This document shows positions 1-15,000 of a stretch of 64,000 nt of DNA, in pieces. The stretch is taken from assembly GCA_032718475.1 (NCBI GenBank), contig JAUCBJ010002852.1, positions 1-64,000 of the forward strand, in the 5' to 3' direction. Every line of letters starts with the position of its first letter. Position 1 is the stretch's first letter. The position numbers were made by a program, and so were the translations under genes. The notes under the pieces were generated by a model that made no database searches, had not been told where the DNA came from, and worked only from the letters and a program-made list of their open reading frames with translations. This stretch comes from Nemertoderma westbladi. Lineage: Eukaryota; Animalia; Xenacoelomorpha.

Positions 1-3000
1 GTGAGAGTGTAACTCACGTGTCGGATGTTACACGGAATACCAGTGAGAGTGTAACTCAAGTGTCGGATGTTACACGGAATACCAGTGAGAGTGTAACTCA
101 AGTGTCGGATGTTACACGGAATACCAGTGAGAGTGTAACTCAAGTGTCGGATGTTACACGGAATACCAGTGAGAGTGTAACTCACGTGTCGGATGTTACA
201 CGGAATACCAGTGAGAGTGTAACTCAAGTGTCGGATGTTACACGGAATACCAGTGAGAGTGTAACTCAAGTGTCGGATGTTACACGGAATACCAGTGAGA
301 GTGTAACTCAAGTGTCGGATGTTACAAGGAATACCGGTGAGAGTGTAACTCACGTGTCGGATGTTACACGGAATACCAGTGAGAGTGTAACTCAAGTGTC
401 GGATGTTACACGGAATACCAGTGAGAGTGTAACTCAAGTGTCGGATGTTACACGGAATACCAGTGAGAGTGTAACTCAAGTGTCGGATGTTACACGGAAT
501 ACCAGTGAGAGTGTAACTCAAGTGTCGGATGTTACACGGAATACCAGTGAGAGTGTAACTCAAGTGTCGGATGTTACACGGAATACCAGTGAGAGTGTAA
601 CTCAAGTGTCGGATGTTACACGGAATACCAGTGAGAGTGTAACTCAAGTGTCGGATGTTACACGGAATACCAGTGAGAGTGTAACTCAAGTGTCGGATGT
701 TACACGGAATACCAGTGAGAGTGTAACTCAAGTGTCGGATGTTACACGGAATACCAGTGAGAGTGTAACTCAAGTGTCGGATGTTACACGGAATACCAGT
801 GAGAGTGTAACTCAAGTGTCGGATGTTACACGGAATACCAGTGAGAGTGTAACTCAAGTGTCGGATGTTACACGGAATACCAGTGAGAGTGTAACTCAAG
901 TGTCGGATGTTACACGGAATACCAGTGAGAGTGTAACTCAAGTGTCGGATGTTACACGGAATACCAGTGAGAGTGTAACTCAAGTGTCGGATGTTACACG
1001 GAATACCAGTGAGAGTGTAACTCAAGTGTCGGATGTTACACGGAATACCAGTGAGAGTGTAACTCAAGTGTCGGATGTTACACGGAATACCAGTGAGAGT
1101 GTAACTCAAGTGTCGGATGTTACACGGAATACCAGTGAGAGTGTAACTCAAGTGTCGGATGTTACACGGAATACCAGTGAGAGTGTAACTCAAGTGTCGG
1201 ATGTTACACGGAATACCAGTGAGAGTGTAACTCAAGTGTCGGATGTTACACGGAATACCAGTGAGAGTGTAACTCAAGTGTCGGATGTTACACGGAATAC
1301 CAGTGAGAGTGTAACTCAAGTGTCGGATGTTACACGGAATACCAGTGAGAGTGTAACTCAAGTGTCGGATGTTACACGGAATACCAGTGAGAGTGTAACT
1401 CAAGTGTCGGATGTTACACGGAATACCAGTGAGAGTGTAACTCAAGTGTCGGATGTTACACGGAATACCAGTGAGAGTGTAACTCAAGTGTCGGATGTTA
1501 CACGGAATACCAGTGAGAGTGTAACTCAAGTGTCGGATGTTACACGGAATACCAGTGAGAGTGTAACTCAAGTGTCGGATGTTACACGGAATACCAGTGA
1601 GAGTGTAACTCAAGTGTCGGATGTTACACGGAATACCAGTGAGAGTGTAACTCAAGTGTCGGATGTTACACGGAATACCAGTGAGAGTGTAACTCAAGTG
1701 TCGGATGTTACACGGAATACCAGTGAGAGTGTAACTCAAGTGTCGGATGTTACACGGAATACCAGTGAGAGTGTAACTCAAGTGTCGGATGTTACACGGA
1801 ATACCAGTGAGAGTGTAACTCAAGTGTCGGATGTTACACGGAATACCAGTGAGAGTGTAACTCAAGTGTCGGATGTTACACGGAATACCAGTGAGAGTGT
1901 AACTCAAGTGTCGGATGTTACACGGAATACCAGTGAGAGTGTAACTCAAGTGTCGGATGTTACACGGAATACCAGTGAGAGTGTAACTCAAGTGTCGGAT
2001 GTTACACGGAATACCAGTGAGAGTGTAACTCAAGTGTCGGATGTTACACGGAATACCAGTGAGAGTGTAACTCAAGTGTCGGATGTTACACGGAATACCA
2101 GTGAGAGTGTAACTCAAGTGTCGGATGTTACACGGAATACCAGTGAGAGTGTAACTCAAGTGTCGGATGTTACACGGAATACCAGTGAGAGTGTAACTCA
2201 AGTGTCGGATGTTACACGGAATACCAGTGAGAGTGTAACTCAAGTGTCGGATGTTACACGGAATACCAGTGAGAGTGTAACTCAAGTGTCGGATGTTACA
2301 CGGAATACCAGTGAGAGTGTAACTCAAGTGTCGGATGTTACACGGAATACCAGTGAGAGTGTAACTCAAGTGTCGGATGTTACACGGAATACCAGTGAGA
2401 GTGTAACTCAAGTGTCGGATGTTACACGGAATACCAGTGAGAGTGTAACTCAAGTGTCGGATGTTACACGGAATACCAGTGAGAGTGTAACTCAAGTGTC
2501 GGATGTTACACGGAATACCAGTGAGAGTGTAACTCAAGTGTCGGATGTTACACGGAATACCAGTGAGAGTGTAACTCAAGTGTCGGATGTTACACGGAAT
2601 ACCAGTGAGAGTGTAACTCAAGTGTCGGATGTTACACGGAATACCAGTGAGAGTGTAACTCAAGTGTCGGATGTTACACGGAATACCAGTGAGAGTGTAA
2701 CTCAAGTGTCGGATGTTACACGGAATACCAGTGAGAGTGTAACTCAAGTGTCGGATGTTACACGGAATACCAGTGAGAGTGTAACTCAAGTGTCGGATGT
2801 TACACGGAATACCAGTGAGAGTGTAACTCAAGTGTCGGATGTTACACGGAATACCAGTGAGAGTGTAACTCAAGTGTCGGATGTTACACGGAATACCAGT
2901 GAGAGTGTAACTCAAGTGTCGGATGTTACACGGAATACCAGTGAGAGTGTAACTCAAGTGTCGGATGTTACACGGAATACCAGTGAGAGTGTAACTCAAG

Positions 3001-6000
3001 TGTCGGATGTTACACGGAATACCAGTGAGAGTGTAACTCAAGTGTCGGATGTTACACGGAATACCAGTGAGAGTGTAACTCAAGTGTCGGATGTTACACG
3101 GAATACCAGTGAGAGTGTAACTCAAGTGTCGGATGTTACACGGAATACCAGTGAGAGTGTAACTCAAGTGTCGGATGTTACACGGAATACCAGTGAGAGT
3201 GTAACTCAAGTGTCGGATGTTACACGGAATACCAGTGAGAGTGTAACTCAAGTGTCGGATGTTACACGGAATACCAGTGAGAGTGTAACTCAAGTGTCGG
3301 ATGTTACACGGAATACCAGTGAGAGTGTAACTCAAGTGTCGGATGTTACACGGAATACCAGTGAGAGTGTAACTCAAGTGTCGGATGTTACACGGAATAC
3401 CAGTGAGAGTGTAACTCAAGTGTCGGATGTTACACGGAATACCAGTGAGAGTGTAACTCAAGTGTCGGATGTTACACGGAATACCAGTGAGAGTGTAACT
3501 CAAGTGTCGGATGTTACACGGAATACCAGTGAGAGTGTAACTCAAGTGTCGGATGTTACACGGAATACCAGTGAGAGTGTAACTCAAGTGTCGGATGTTA
3601 CACGGAATACCAGTGAGAGTGTAACTCAAGTGTCGGATGTTACACGGAATACCAGTGAGAGTGTAACTCAAGTGTCGGATGTTACACGGAATACCAGTGA
3701 GAGTGTAACTCAAGTGTCGGATGTTACACGGAATACCAGTGAGAGTGTAACTCAAGTGTCGGATGTTACACGGAATACCAGTGAGAGTGTAACTCAAGTG
3801 TCGGATGTTACACGGAATACCAGTGAGAGTGTAACTCAAGTGTCGGATGTTACACGGAATACCAGTGAGAGTGTAACTCAAGTGTCGGATGTTACACGGA
3901 ATACCAGTGAGAGTGTAACTCAAGTGTCGGATGTTACACGGAATACCAGTGAGAGTGTAACTCAAGTGTCGGATGTTACACGGAATACCAGTGAGAGTGT
4001 AACTCAAGTGTCGGATGTTACACGGAATACCAGTGAGAGTGTAACTCAAGTGTCGGATGTTACACGGAATACCAGTGAGAGTGTAACTCAAGTGTCGGAT
4101 GTTACACGGAATACCAGTGAGAGTGTAACTCAAGTGTCGGATGTTACACGGAATACCAGTGAGAGTGTAACTCAAGTGTCGGATGTTACACGGAATACCA
4201 GTGAGAGTGTAACTCAAGTGTCGGATGTTACACGGAATACCAGTGAGAGTGTAACTCAAGTGTCGGATGTTACACGGAATACCAGTGAGAGTGTAACTCA
4301 AGTGTCGGATGTTACACGGAATACCAGTGAGAGTGTAACTCAAGTGTCGGATGTTACACGGAATACCGGTGAGAGTGTAACTCAAGTGTCGGATGTTACA
4401 CGGAATACCAGTGAGAGTGTAACTCAAGTGTCGGATGTTACACGGAATACCAGTGAGAGTGTAACTCAAGTGTCGGATGTTACAAGGAATACCGGTGAGA
4501 GTGTAACTCAAGTGTCGGATGTTACACGGAATACCGGTGAGAGTGTAACTCACGTGTCGGATGTTACACGGAATACCAGTGAGAGTGTAACTCAAGTGTC
4601 GGATGTTACACGGAATACCAGTGAGAGTGTAACTCACGTGTCGGATGTTACACGGAATACCAGTGAGAGTGTAACTCAAGTGTCGGATGTTACACGGAAT
4701 ACCGGTGAGAGTGTAACTCAACGTGTCGGATGTTACACGGAATACCAGTGAGAGTGTAACTCAAGTGTCGGATGTTACAAGGAATACCGGTGAGAGTGTA
4801 ACTCAAGTATCGGATGTTACACGGAATACCGGTGAGAGTGTAACTCAAGTGTCGGATGTTACAAGGAATACCGGTGAGAGTGTAACTCACGTGTCGGATG
4901 TTACACGGAATACCAGTGAGAGTGTAACTCAAGTGTCGGATGTTACAAGGAATACCGGTGAGAGTGTAACTCACGTGTCGGATGTTACACGGAATACCAG
5001 TGAGAGTGTAACTCAAGTGTCGGATGTTACACGGAATACCAGTGAGAGTGTAACTCAAGTGTCGGATGTTACACGGAATACCAGTGAGAGTGTAACTCAA
5101 GTGTCGGATGTTACAAGGAATACCGGTGAGAGTGTAACTCAAGTGTCGGATGTTACACGGAATACCGGTGAGAGTGTAACTCAAGTGTCGGATGTTACAA
5201 GGAATACCGGTGAGAGTGTAACTCACGTGTCGGATGTTACACGGAATACCAGTGAGAGTGTAACTCAAGTGTCGGATGTTACAAGGAATACCGGTGAGAG
5301 TGTAACTCACGTGTCGGATGTTACACGGAATACCAGTGAGAGTGTAACTCAAGTGTCGGATGTTACAAGGAATACCGGTGAGAGTGTAACTCAAGTGTCG
5401 GATGTTACACGGAATACCAGTGAGAGTGTAACTCAAGTGTCGGATGTTACACGGAATACCAGTGAGAGTGTAACTCAAGTGTCGGATGTTACACGGAATA
5501 CCAGTGAGAGTGTAACTCAAGTGTCGGATGTTACAAGGAATACCGGTGAGAGTGTAACTCACGTGTCGGATGTTACACGGAATACCAGTGAGAGTGTAAC
5601 TCAAGTGTCGGATGTTACAAGGAATACCGGTGAGAGTGTAACTCACGTGTCGGATGTTACACGGAATACCAGTGAGAGTGTAACTCAAGTGTCGGATGTT
5701 ACAAGGAATACCGGTGAGAGTGTAACTCAAGTGTCGGATGTTACAAGGAATACCGGTGAGAGTGTAACTCAAGTGTCGGATGTTACACGGAATACCAGTG
5801 AGAGTGTAACTCAAGTGTCGGATGTTACACGGAATACCAGTGAGAGTGTAACTCAAGTGTCGGATGTTACACGGAATACCAGTGAGAGTGTAACTCACGT
5901 GTCGGATGTTACACGGAATACCGGTGAGAGTGTAACTCAACTGTCGGATGTTACACGGAATACCAGTGAGAGTGTAACTCAAGTGTCGGATGTTACAAGG

Positions 6001-9000
6001 AATACCGGTGAGAGTGTAACTCAAGTGTCGGATGTTACACGGAATACCGGTGAGAGTGTAACTCAAGTGTCGGATGTTACAAGGAATACCAGTGAGAGTG
6101 TAACTCAAGTGTCGGATGTTACAAGGAATACCGGTGAGAGTGTAACTCAAGTGTCGGATGTTACAAGGAATACCAGTGAGAGTGTAACTCAAGTGTCGGA
6201 TGTTACAAGGAATACCGGTGAGAGTGTAACTCAAGTGTCGGATGTTACAAGGAATACCAGTGAGAGTGTAACTCAAGTGTCGGATGTTACAAGGAATACC
6301 GGTGAGAGTGTAACTCAAGTGTCGGATGTTACAAGGAATACCGGTGAGAGTGTAACTCAAGTATCGGATGTTACACGGAATACCGGTGAGAGTGTAACTC
6401 AAGTGTCGGATGTTACAAGGAATACCAGTGAGAGTGTAACTCAAGTGTCGGATGTTACAAGGAATACCGGTGAGAGTGTAACTCACGTGTCGGATGTTAC
6501 ACGGAATACCAGTGAGAGTGTAACTCAAGTGTCGGATGTTACACGGAATACCAGTGAGAGTGTAACTCAAGTGTCGGATGTTACACGGAATACCAGTGAG
6601 AGTGTAACTCAAGTGTCGGATGTTACAAGGAATACCGGTGAGAGTGTAACTCACGTGTCGGATGTTACACGGAATACCAGTGAGAGTGTAACTCAAGTGT
6701 CGGATGTTACAAGGAATACCGGTGAGAGTGTAACTCAAGTATCGGATGTTACACGGAATACCGGTGAGAGTGTAACTCAAGTGTCGGATGTTACAAGGAA
6801 TACCGGTGAGAGTGTAACTCACGTGTCGGATGTTACACGGAATACCAGTGAGAGTGTAACTCAAGTGTCGGATGTTACACGGAATACCGGTGAGAGTGTA
6901 ACTCAAGTGTCGGATGTTACACGGAATACCAGTGAGAGTGTAACTCAAGTGTCGGATGTTACACGGAATACCAGTGAGAGTGTAACTCAAGTGTCGGATG
7001 TTACACGGAATACCAGTGAGAGTGTAACTCAAGTGTCGGATGTTACACGGAATACCAGTGAGAGTGTAACTCAAGTGTCGGATGTTACACGGAATACCAG
7101 TGAGAGTGTAACTCAAGTGTCGGATGTTACACGGAATACCAGTGAGAGTGTAACTCAAGTGTCGGATGTTACAAGGAATACCGGTGAGAGTGTAACTCAC
7201 GTGTCGGATGTTACACGGAATACCAGTGAGAGTGTAACTCAAGTGTCGGATGTTACAAGGAATACCGGTGAGAGTGTAACTCACGTGTCGGATGTTACAC
7301 GGAATACCAGTGAGAGTGTAACTCAAGTGTCGGATGTTACAAGGAATACCGGTGAGAGTGTAACTCAAGTGTCGGATGTTACACGGAATACCAGTGAGAG
7401 TGTAACTCAAGTGTCGGATGTTACACGGAATACCAGTGAGAGTGTAACTCAAGTGTCGGATGTTACACGGAATACCAGTGAGAGTGTAACTCAAGTGTCG
7501 GATGTTACAAGGAATACCGGTGAGAGTGTAACTCACGTGTCGGATGTTACACGGAATACCAGTGAGAGTGTAACTCAAGTGTCGGATGTTACAAGGAATA
7601 CCGGTGAGAGTGTAACTCAAGTGTCGGATGTTACACGGAATACCAGTGAGAGTGTAACTCAAGTGTCGGATGTTACACGGAATACCAGTGAGAGTGTAAC
7701 TCAAGTGTCGGATGTTACAAGGAATACCGGTGAGAGTGTAACTCAAGTGTCGGATGTTACAAGGAATACCGGTGAGAGTGTAACTCAAGTGTCGGATGTT
7801 ACACGGAATACCAGTGAGAGTGTAACTCAAGTGTCGGATGTTACACGGAATACCAGTGAGAGTGTAACTCAAGTGTCGGATGTTACACGGAATACCAGTG
7901 AGAGTGTAACTCAAGTGTCGGATGTTACAAGGAATACCGGTGAGAGTGTAACTCACGTGTCGGATGTTACACGGAATACCAGTGAGAGTGTAACTCAAGT
8001 GTCGGATGTTACAAGGAATACCGGTGAGAGTGTAACTCAAGTGTCGGATGTTACACGGAATACCAGTGAGAGTGTAACTCAAGTGTCGGATGTTACACGG
8101 AATACCAGTGAGAGTGTAACTCAAGTGTCGGATGTTACAAGGAATACCGGTGAGAGTGTAACTCAAGTGTCGGATGTTACACGGAATACCGGTGAGAGTG
8201 TAACTCAAGTGTCGGATGTTACAAGGAATACCAGTGAGAGTGTAACTCAAGTGTCGGATGTTACAAGGAATACCGGTGAGAGTGTAACTCACGTGTCGGA
8301 TGTTACACGGAATACCAGTGAGAGTGTAACTCAAGTGTCGGATGTTACACGGAATACCAGTGAGAGTGTAACTCAAGTGTCGGATGTTACACGGAATACC
8401 AGTGAGAGTGTAACTCAAGTGTCGGATGTTACAAGGAATACCGGTGAGAGTGTAACTCACGTGTCGGATGTTACACGGAATACCAGTGAGAGTGTAACTC
8501 AAGTGTCGGATGTTACAAGGAATACCGGTGAGAGTGTAACTCAAGTGTCGGATGTTACACGGAATACCGGTGAGAGTGTAACTCAAGTGTCGGATGTTAC
8601 AAGGAATACCGGTGAGAGTGTAACTCACGTGTCGGATGTTACACGGAATACCAGTGAGAGTGTAACTCAAGTGTCGGATGTTACACGGAATACCGGTGAG
8701 AGTGTAACTCAAGTGTCGGATGTTACACGGAATACCAGTGAGAGTGTAACTCAAGTGTCGGATGTTACACGGAATACCAGTGAGAGTGTAACTCAAGTGT
8801 CGGATGTTACACGGAATACCAGTGAGAGTGTAACTCAAGTGTCGGATGTTACACGGAATACCAGTGAGAGTGTAACTCAAGTGTCGGATGTTACACGGAA
8901 TACCAGTGAGAGTGTAACTCAAGTGTCGGATGTTACACGGAATACCAGTGAGAGTGTAACTCAAGTGTCGGATGTTACAAGGAATACCGGTGAGAGTGTA

Positions 9001-12000
9001 ACTCACGTGTCGGATGTTACACGGAATACCAGTGAGAGTGTAACTCAAGTGTCGGATGTTACAAGGAATACCGGTGAGAGTGTAACTCAAGTGTCGGATG
9101 TTACACGGAATACCAGTGAGAGTGTAACTCAAGTGTCGGATGTTACAAGGAATACCGGTGAGAGTGTAACTCAAGTGTCGGATGTTACACGGAATACCAG
9201 TGAGAGTGTAACTCAAGTGTCGGATGTTACACGGAATACCAGTGAGAGTGTAACTCAAGTGTCGGATGTTACACGGAATACCAGTGAGAGTGTAACTCAA
9301 GTGTCGGATGTTACAAGGAATACCGGTGAGAGTGTAACTCACGTGTCGGATGTTACACGGAATACCAGTGAGAGTGTAACTCAAGTGTCGGATGTTACAA
9401 GGAATACCGGTGAGAGTGTAACTCAAGTGTCGGATGTTACACGGAATACCAGTGAGAGTGTAACTCAAGTGTCGGATGTTACACGGAATACCAGTGAGAG
9501 TGTAACTCAAGTGTCGGATGTTACACGGAATACCGGTGAGAGTGTAACTCAAGTGTCGGATGTTACAAGGAATACCGGTGAGAGTGTAACTCAAGTGTCG
9601 GATGTTACACGGAATACCAGTGAGAGTGTAACTCAAGTGTCGGATGTTACACGGAATACCAGTGAGAGTGTAACTCAAGTGTCGGATGTTACACGGAATA
9701 CCAGTGAGAGTGTAACTCAAGTGTCGGATGTTACAAGGAATACCGGTGAGAGTGTAACTCACGTGTCGGATGTTACACGGAATACCAGTGAGAGTGTAAC
9801 TCAAGTGTCGGATGTTACAAGGAATACCGGTGAGAGTGTAACTCAAGTGTCGGATGTTACACGGAATACCAGTGAGAGTGTAACTCAAGTGTCGGATGTT
9901 ACACGGAATACCAGTGAGAGTGTAACTCAAGTGTCGGATGTTACACGGAATACCGGTGAGAGTGTAACTCAAGTGTCGGATGTTACACGGAATACCAGTG
10001 AGAGTGTAACTCAAGTGTCGGATGTTACACGGAATACCAGTGAGAGTGTAACTCAAGTGTCGGATGTTACACGGAATACCAGTGAGAGTGTAACTCAAGT
10101 GTCGGATGTTACACGGAATACCGGTGAGAGTGTAACTCACGTGTCGGATGTTACACGGAATACCAGTGAGAGTGTAACTCAAGTGTCGGATGTTACACGG
10201 AATACCGGTGAGAGTGTAACTCAAGTGTCGGATGTTACACGGAATACCAGTGAGAGTGTAACTCAAGTGTCGGATGTTACAAGGAATACCAGTGAGAGTG
10301 TAACTCAAGTGTCGGATGTTACACGGAATACCAGTGAGAGTGTAACTCAAGTGTCGGATGTTACACGGAATACCGGTGAGAGTGTAACTCAAGTGTCGGA
10401 TGTTACACGGAATACCAGTGAGAGTGTAACTCAAGTGTCGGATGTTACACGGAATACCAGTGAGAGTGTAACTCAAGTGTCGGATGTTACAAGGAATACC
10501 GGTGAGAGTGTAACTCACGTGTCGGATGTTACACGGAATACCAGTGAGAGTGTAACTCAAGTGTCGGATGTTACACGGAATACCGGTGAGAGTGTAACTC
10601 AAGTGTCGGATGTTACACGGAATACCAGTGAGAGTGTAACTCAAGTGTCGGATGTTACACGGAATACCAGTGAGAGTGTAACTCAAGTGTCGGATGTTAC
10701 ACGGAATACCGGTGAGAGTGTAACTCACGTGTCGGATGTTACACGGAATACCAGTGAGAGTGTAACTCAAGTGTCGGATGTTACACGGAATACCAGTGAG
10801 AGTGTAACTCAAGTGTCGGATGTTACACGGAATACCAGTGAGAGTGTAACTCAAGTGTCGGATGTTACACGGAATACCGGTGAGAGTGTAACTCAAGTGT
10901 CGGATGTTACACGGAATACCAGTGAGAGTGTAACTCAAGTGTCGGATGTTACACGGAATACCGGTGAGAGTGTAACTCAAGTGTCGGATGTTACACGGAA
11001 TACCAGTGAGAGTGTAACTCAAGTGTCGGATGTTACACGGAATACCAGTGAGAGTGTAACTCAAGTGTCGGATGTTACACGGAATACCAGTGAGAGTGTA
11101 ACTCAAGTGTCGGATGTTACACGGAATACCGGTGAGAGTGTAACTCAAGTGTCGGATGTTACACGGAATACCAGTGAGAGTGTAACTCAAGTGTCGGATG
11201 TTACAAGGAATACCGGTGAGAGTGTAACTCAAGTGTCGGATGTTACACGGAATACCAGTGAGAGTGTAACTCAAGTGTCGGATGTTACACGGAATACCAG
11301 TGAGAGTGTAACTCAAGTGTCGGATGTTACACGGAATACCGGTGAGAGTGTAACTCAAGTGTCGGATGTTACACGGAATACCAGTGAGAGTGTAACTCAA
11401 GTGTCGGATGTTACACGGAATACCAGTGAGAGTGTAACTCAAGTGTCGGATGTTACACGGAATACCGGTGAGAGTGTAACTCAAGTGTCGGATGTTACAC
11501 GGAATACCAGTGAGAGTGTAACTCAAGTGTCGGATGTTACACGGAATACCAGTGAGAGTGTAACTCAAGTGTCGGATGTTACACGGAATACCAGTGAGAG
11601 TGTAACTCAAGTGTCGGATGTTACACGGAATACCAGTGAGAGTGTAACTCAAGTGTCGGATGTTACACGGAATACCAGTGAGAGTGTAACTCAAGTGTCG
11701 GATGTTACACGGAATACCAGTGAGAGTGTAACTCAAGTGTCGGATGTTACACGGAATACCAGTGAGAGTGTAACTCAAGTGTCGGATGTTACACGGAATA
11801 CCAGTGAGAGTGTAACTCAAGTGTCGGATGTTACACGGAATACCAGTGAGAGTGTAACTCAAGTGTCGGATGTTACACGGAATACCAGTGAGAGTGTAAC
11901 TCAAGTGTCGGATGTTACACGGAATACCAGTGAGAGTGTAACTCAAGTGTCGGATGTTACACGGAATACCAGTGAGAGTGTAACTCAAGTGTCGGATGTT

Positions 12001-15000
12001 ACACGGAATACCGGTGAGAGTGTAACTCAAGTGTCGGATGTTACACGGAATACCAGTGAGAGTGTAACTCAAGTGTCGGATGTTACACGGAATACCAGTG
12101 AGAGTGTAACTCAAGTGTCGGATGTTACACGGAATACCAGTGAGAGTGTAACTCAAGTGTCGGATGTTACACGGAATACCGGTGAGAGTGTAACTCAAGT
12201 GTCGGATGTTACACGGAATACCAGTGAGAGTGTAACTCAAGTGTCGGATGTTACACGGAATACCGGTGAGAGTGTAACTCAAGTGTCGGATGTTACACGG
12301 AATACCGGTGAGAGTGTAACTCAAGTGTCGGATGTTACACGGAATACCAGTGAGAGTGTAACTCAAGTGTCGGATGTTACACGGAATACCGGTGAGAGTG
12401 TAACTCAAGTGTCGGATGTTACACGGAATACCAGTGAGAGTGTAACTCAAGTGTCGGATGTTACACGGAATACCAGTGAGAGTGTAACTCAAGTGTCGGA
12501 TGTTACACGGAATACCAGTGAGAGTGTAACTCAAGTGTCGGATGTTACACGGAATACCAGTGAGAGTGTAACTCAAGTGTCGGATGTTACACGGAATACC
12601 GGTGAGAGTGTAACTCACGTGTCGGATGTTACACGGAATACCAGTGAGAGTGTAACTCAAGTGTCGGATGTTACACGGAATACCAGTGAGAGTGTAACTC
12701 AAGTGTCGGATGTTACACGGAATACCGGTGAGAGTGTAACTCAAGTGTCGGATGTTACACGGAATACCGGTGAGAGTGTAACTCAAGTGTCGGATGTTAC
12801 ACGGAATACCGGTGAGAGTGTAACTCAAGTGTCGGATGTTACACGGAATACCAGTGAGAGTGTAACTCAAGTGTCGGATGTTACACGGAATACCGGTGAG
12901 AGTGTAACTCAAGTGTCGGATGTTACACGGAATACCGGTGAGAGTGTAACTCAAGTGTCGGATGTTACAAGGAATACCGGTGAGAGTGTAACTCAAGTGT
13001 CGGATGTTACACGGAATACCGGTGAGAGTGTAACTCAAGTGTCGGATGTTACACGGAATACCAGTGAGAGTGTAACTCAAGTGTCGGATGTTACACGGAA
13101 TACCAGTGAGAGTGTAACTCAAGTGTCGGATGTTACACGGAATACCAGTGAGAGTGTAACTCAAGTGTCGGATGTTACACGGAATACCAGTGAGAGTGTA
13201 ACTCAAGTGTCGGATGTTACACGGAATACCAGTGAGAGTGTAACTCAAGTGTCGGATGTTACACGGAATACCGGTGAGAGTGTAACTCAAGTGTCGGATG
13301 TTACACGGAATACCGGTGAGAGTGTAACTCAAGTGTCGGATGTTACAAGGAATACCGGTGAGAGTGTAACTCAAGTGTCGGATGTTACAAGGAATACCGG
13401 TGAGAGTGTAACTCACGTGTCGGATGTTACACGGAATACCGGTGAGAGTGTAACTCAAGTGTCGGATGTTACAAGGAATACCGGTGAGAGTGTAACTCAC
13501 GTGTCGGATGTTACACGGAATACCAGTGAGAGTGTAACTCAAGTGTCGGATGTTACACGGAATACCAGTGAGAGTGTAACTCAAGTGTCGGATGTTACAC
13601 GGAATACCAGTGAGAGTGTAACTCAAGTGTCGGATGTTACACGGAATACCAGTGAGAGTGTAACTCAAGTGTCGGATGTTACACGGAATACCAGTGAGAG
13701 TGTAACTCAAGTGTCGGATGTTACACGGAATACCAGTGAGAGTGTAACTCAAGTGTCGGATGTTACACGGAATACCGGTGAGAGTGTAACTCAAGTGTCG
13801 GATGTTACAAGGAATACCGGTGAGAGTGTAACTCAAGTGTCGGATGTTACACGGAATACCGGTGAGAGTGTAACTCAAGTGTCGGATGTTACAAGGAATA
13901 CCGGTGAGAGTGTAACTCACGTGTCGGATGTTACACGGAATACCGGTGAGAGTGTAACTCAAGTGTCGGATGTTACAAGGAATACCGGTGAGAGTGTAAC
14001 TCACGTGTCGGATGTTACACGGAATACCAGTGAGAGTGTAACTCAAGTGTCGGATGTTACACGGAATACCAGTGAGAGTGTAACTCAAGTGTCGGATGTT
14101 ACACGGAATACCGGTGAGAGTGTAACTCAAGTGTCGGATGTTACAAGGAATACCGGTGAGAGTGTAACTCAAGTGTCGGATGTTACAAGGAATACCGGTG
14201 AGAGTGTAACTCAAGTGTCGGATGTTACACGGAATACCAGTGAGAGTGTAACTCAAGTGTCGGATGTTACACGGAATACCAGTGAGAGTGTAACTCAAGT
14301 GTCGGATGTTACACGGAATACCAGTGAGAGTGTAACTCAAGTGTCGGATGTTACACGGAATACCAGTGAGAGTGTAACTCAAGTGTCGGATGTTACACGG
14401 AATACCAGTGAGAGTGTAACTCAAGTGTCGGATGTTACACGGAATACCAGTGAGAGTGTAACTCAAGTGTCGGATGTTACACGGAATACCAGTGAGAGTG
14501 TAACTCAAGTGTCGGATGTTACACGGAATACCGGTGAGAGTGTAACTCAAGTGTCGGATGTTACAAGGAATACCGGTGAGAGTGTAACTCAAGTGTCGGA
14601 TGTTACAAGGAATACCGGTGAGAGTGTAACTCAAGTGTCGGATGTTACAAGGAATACCGGTGAGAGTGTAACTCACGTGTCGGATGTTACACGGAATACC
14701 GGTGAGAGTGTAACTCAAGTGTCGGATGTTACACGGAATACCAGTGAGAGTGTAACTCAAGTGTCGGATGTTACACGGAATACCAGTGAGAGTGTAACTC
14801 AAGTGTCGGATGTTACAAGGAATACCGGTGAGAGTGTAACTCACGTGTCGGATGTTACACGGAATACCAGTGAGAGTGTAACTCAAGTGTCGGATGTTAC
14901 ACGGAATACCAGTGAGAGTGTAACTCAAGTGTCGGATGTTACACGGAATACCGGTGAGAGTGTAACTCAAGTGTCGGATGTTACAAGGAATACCGGTGAG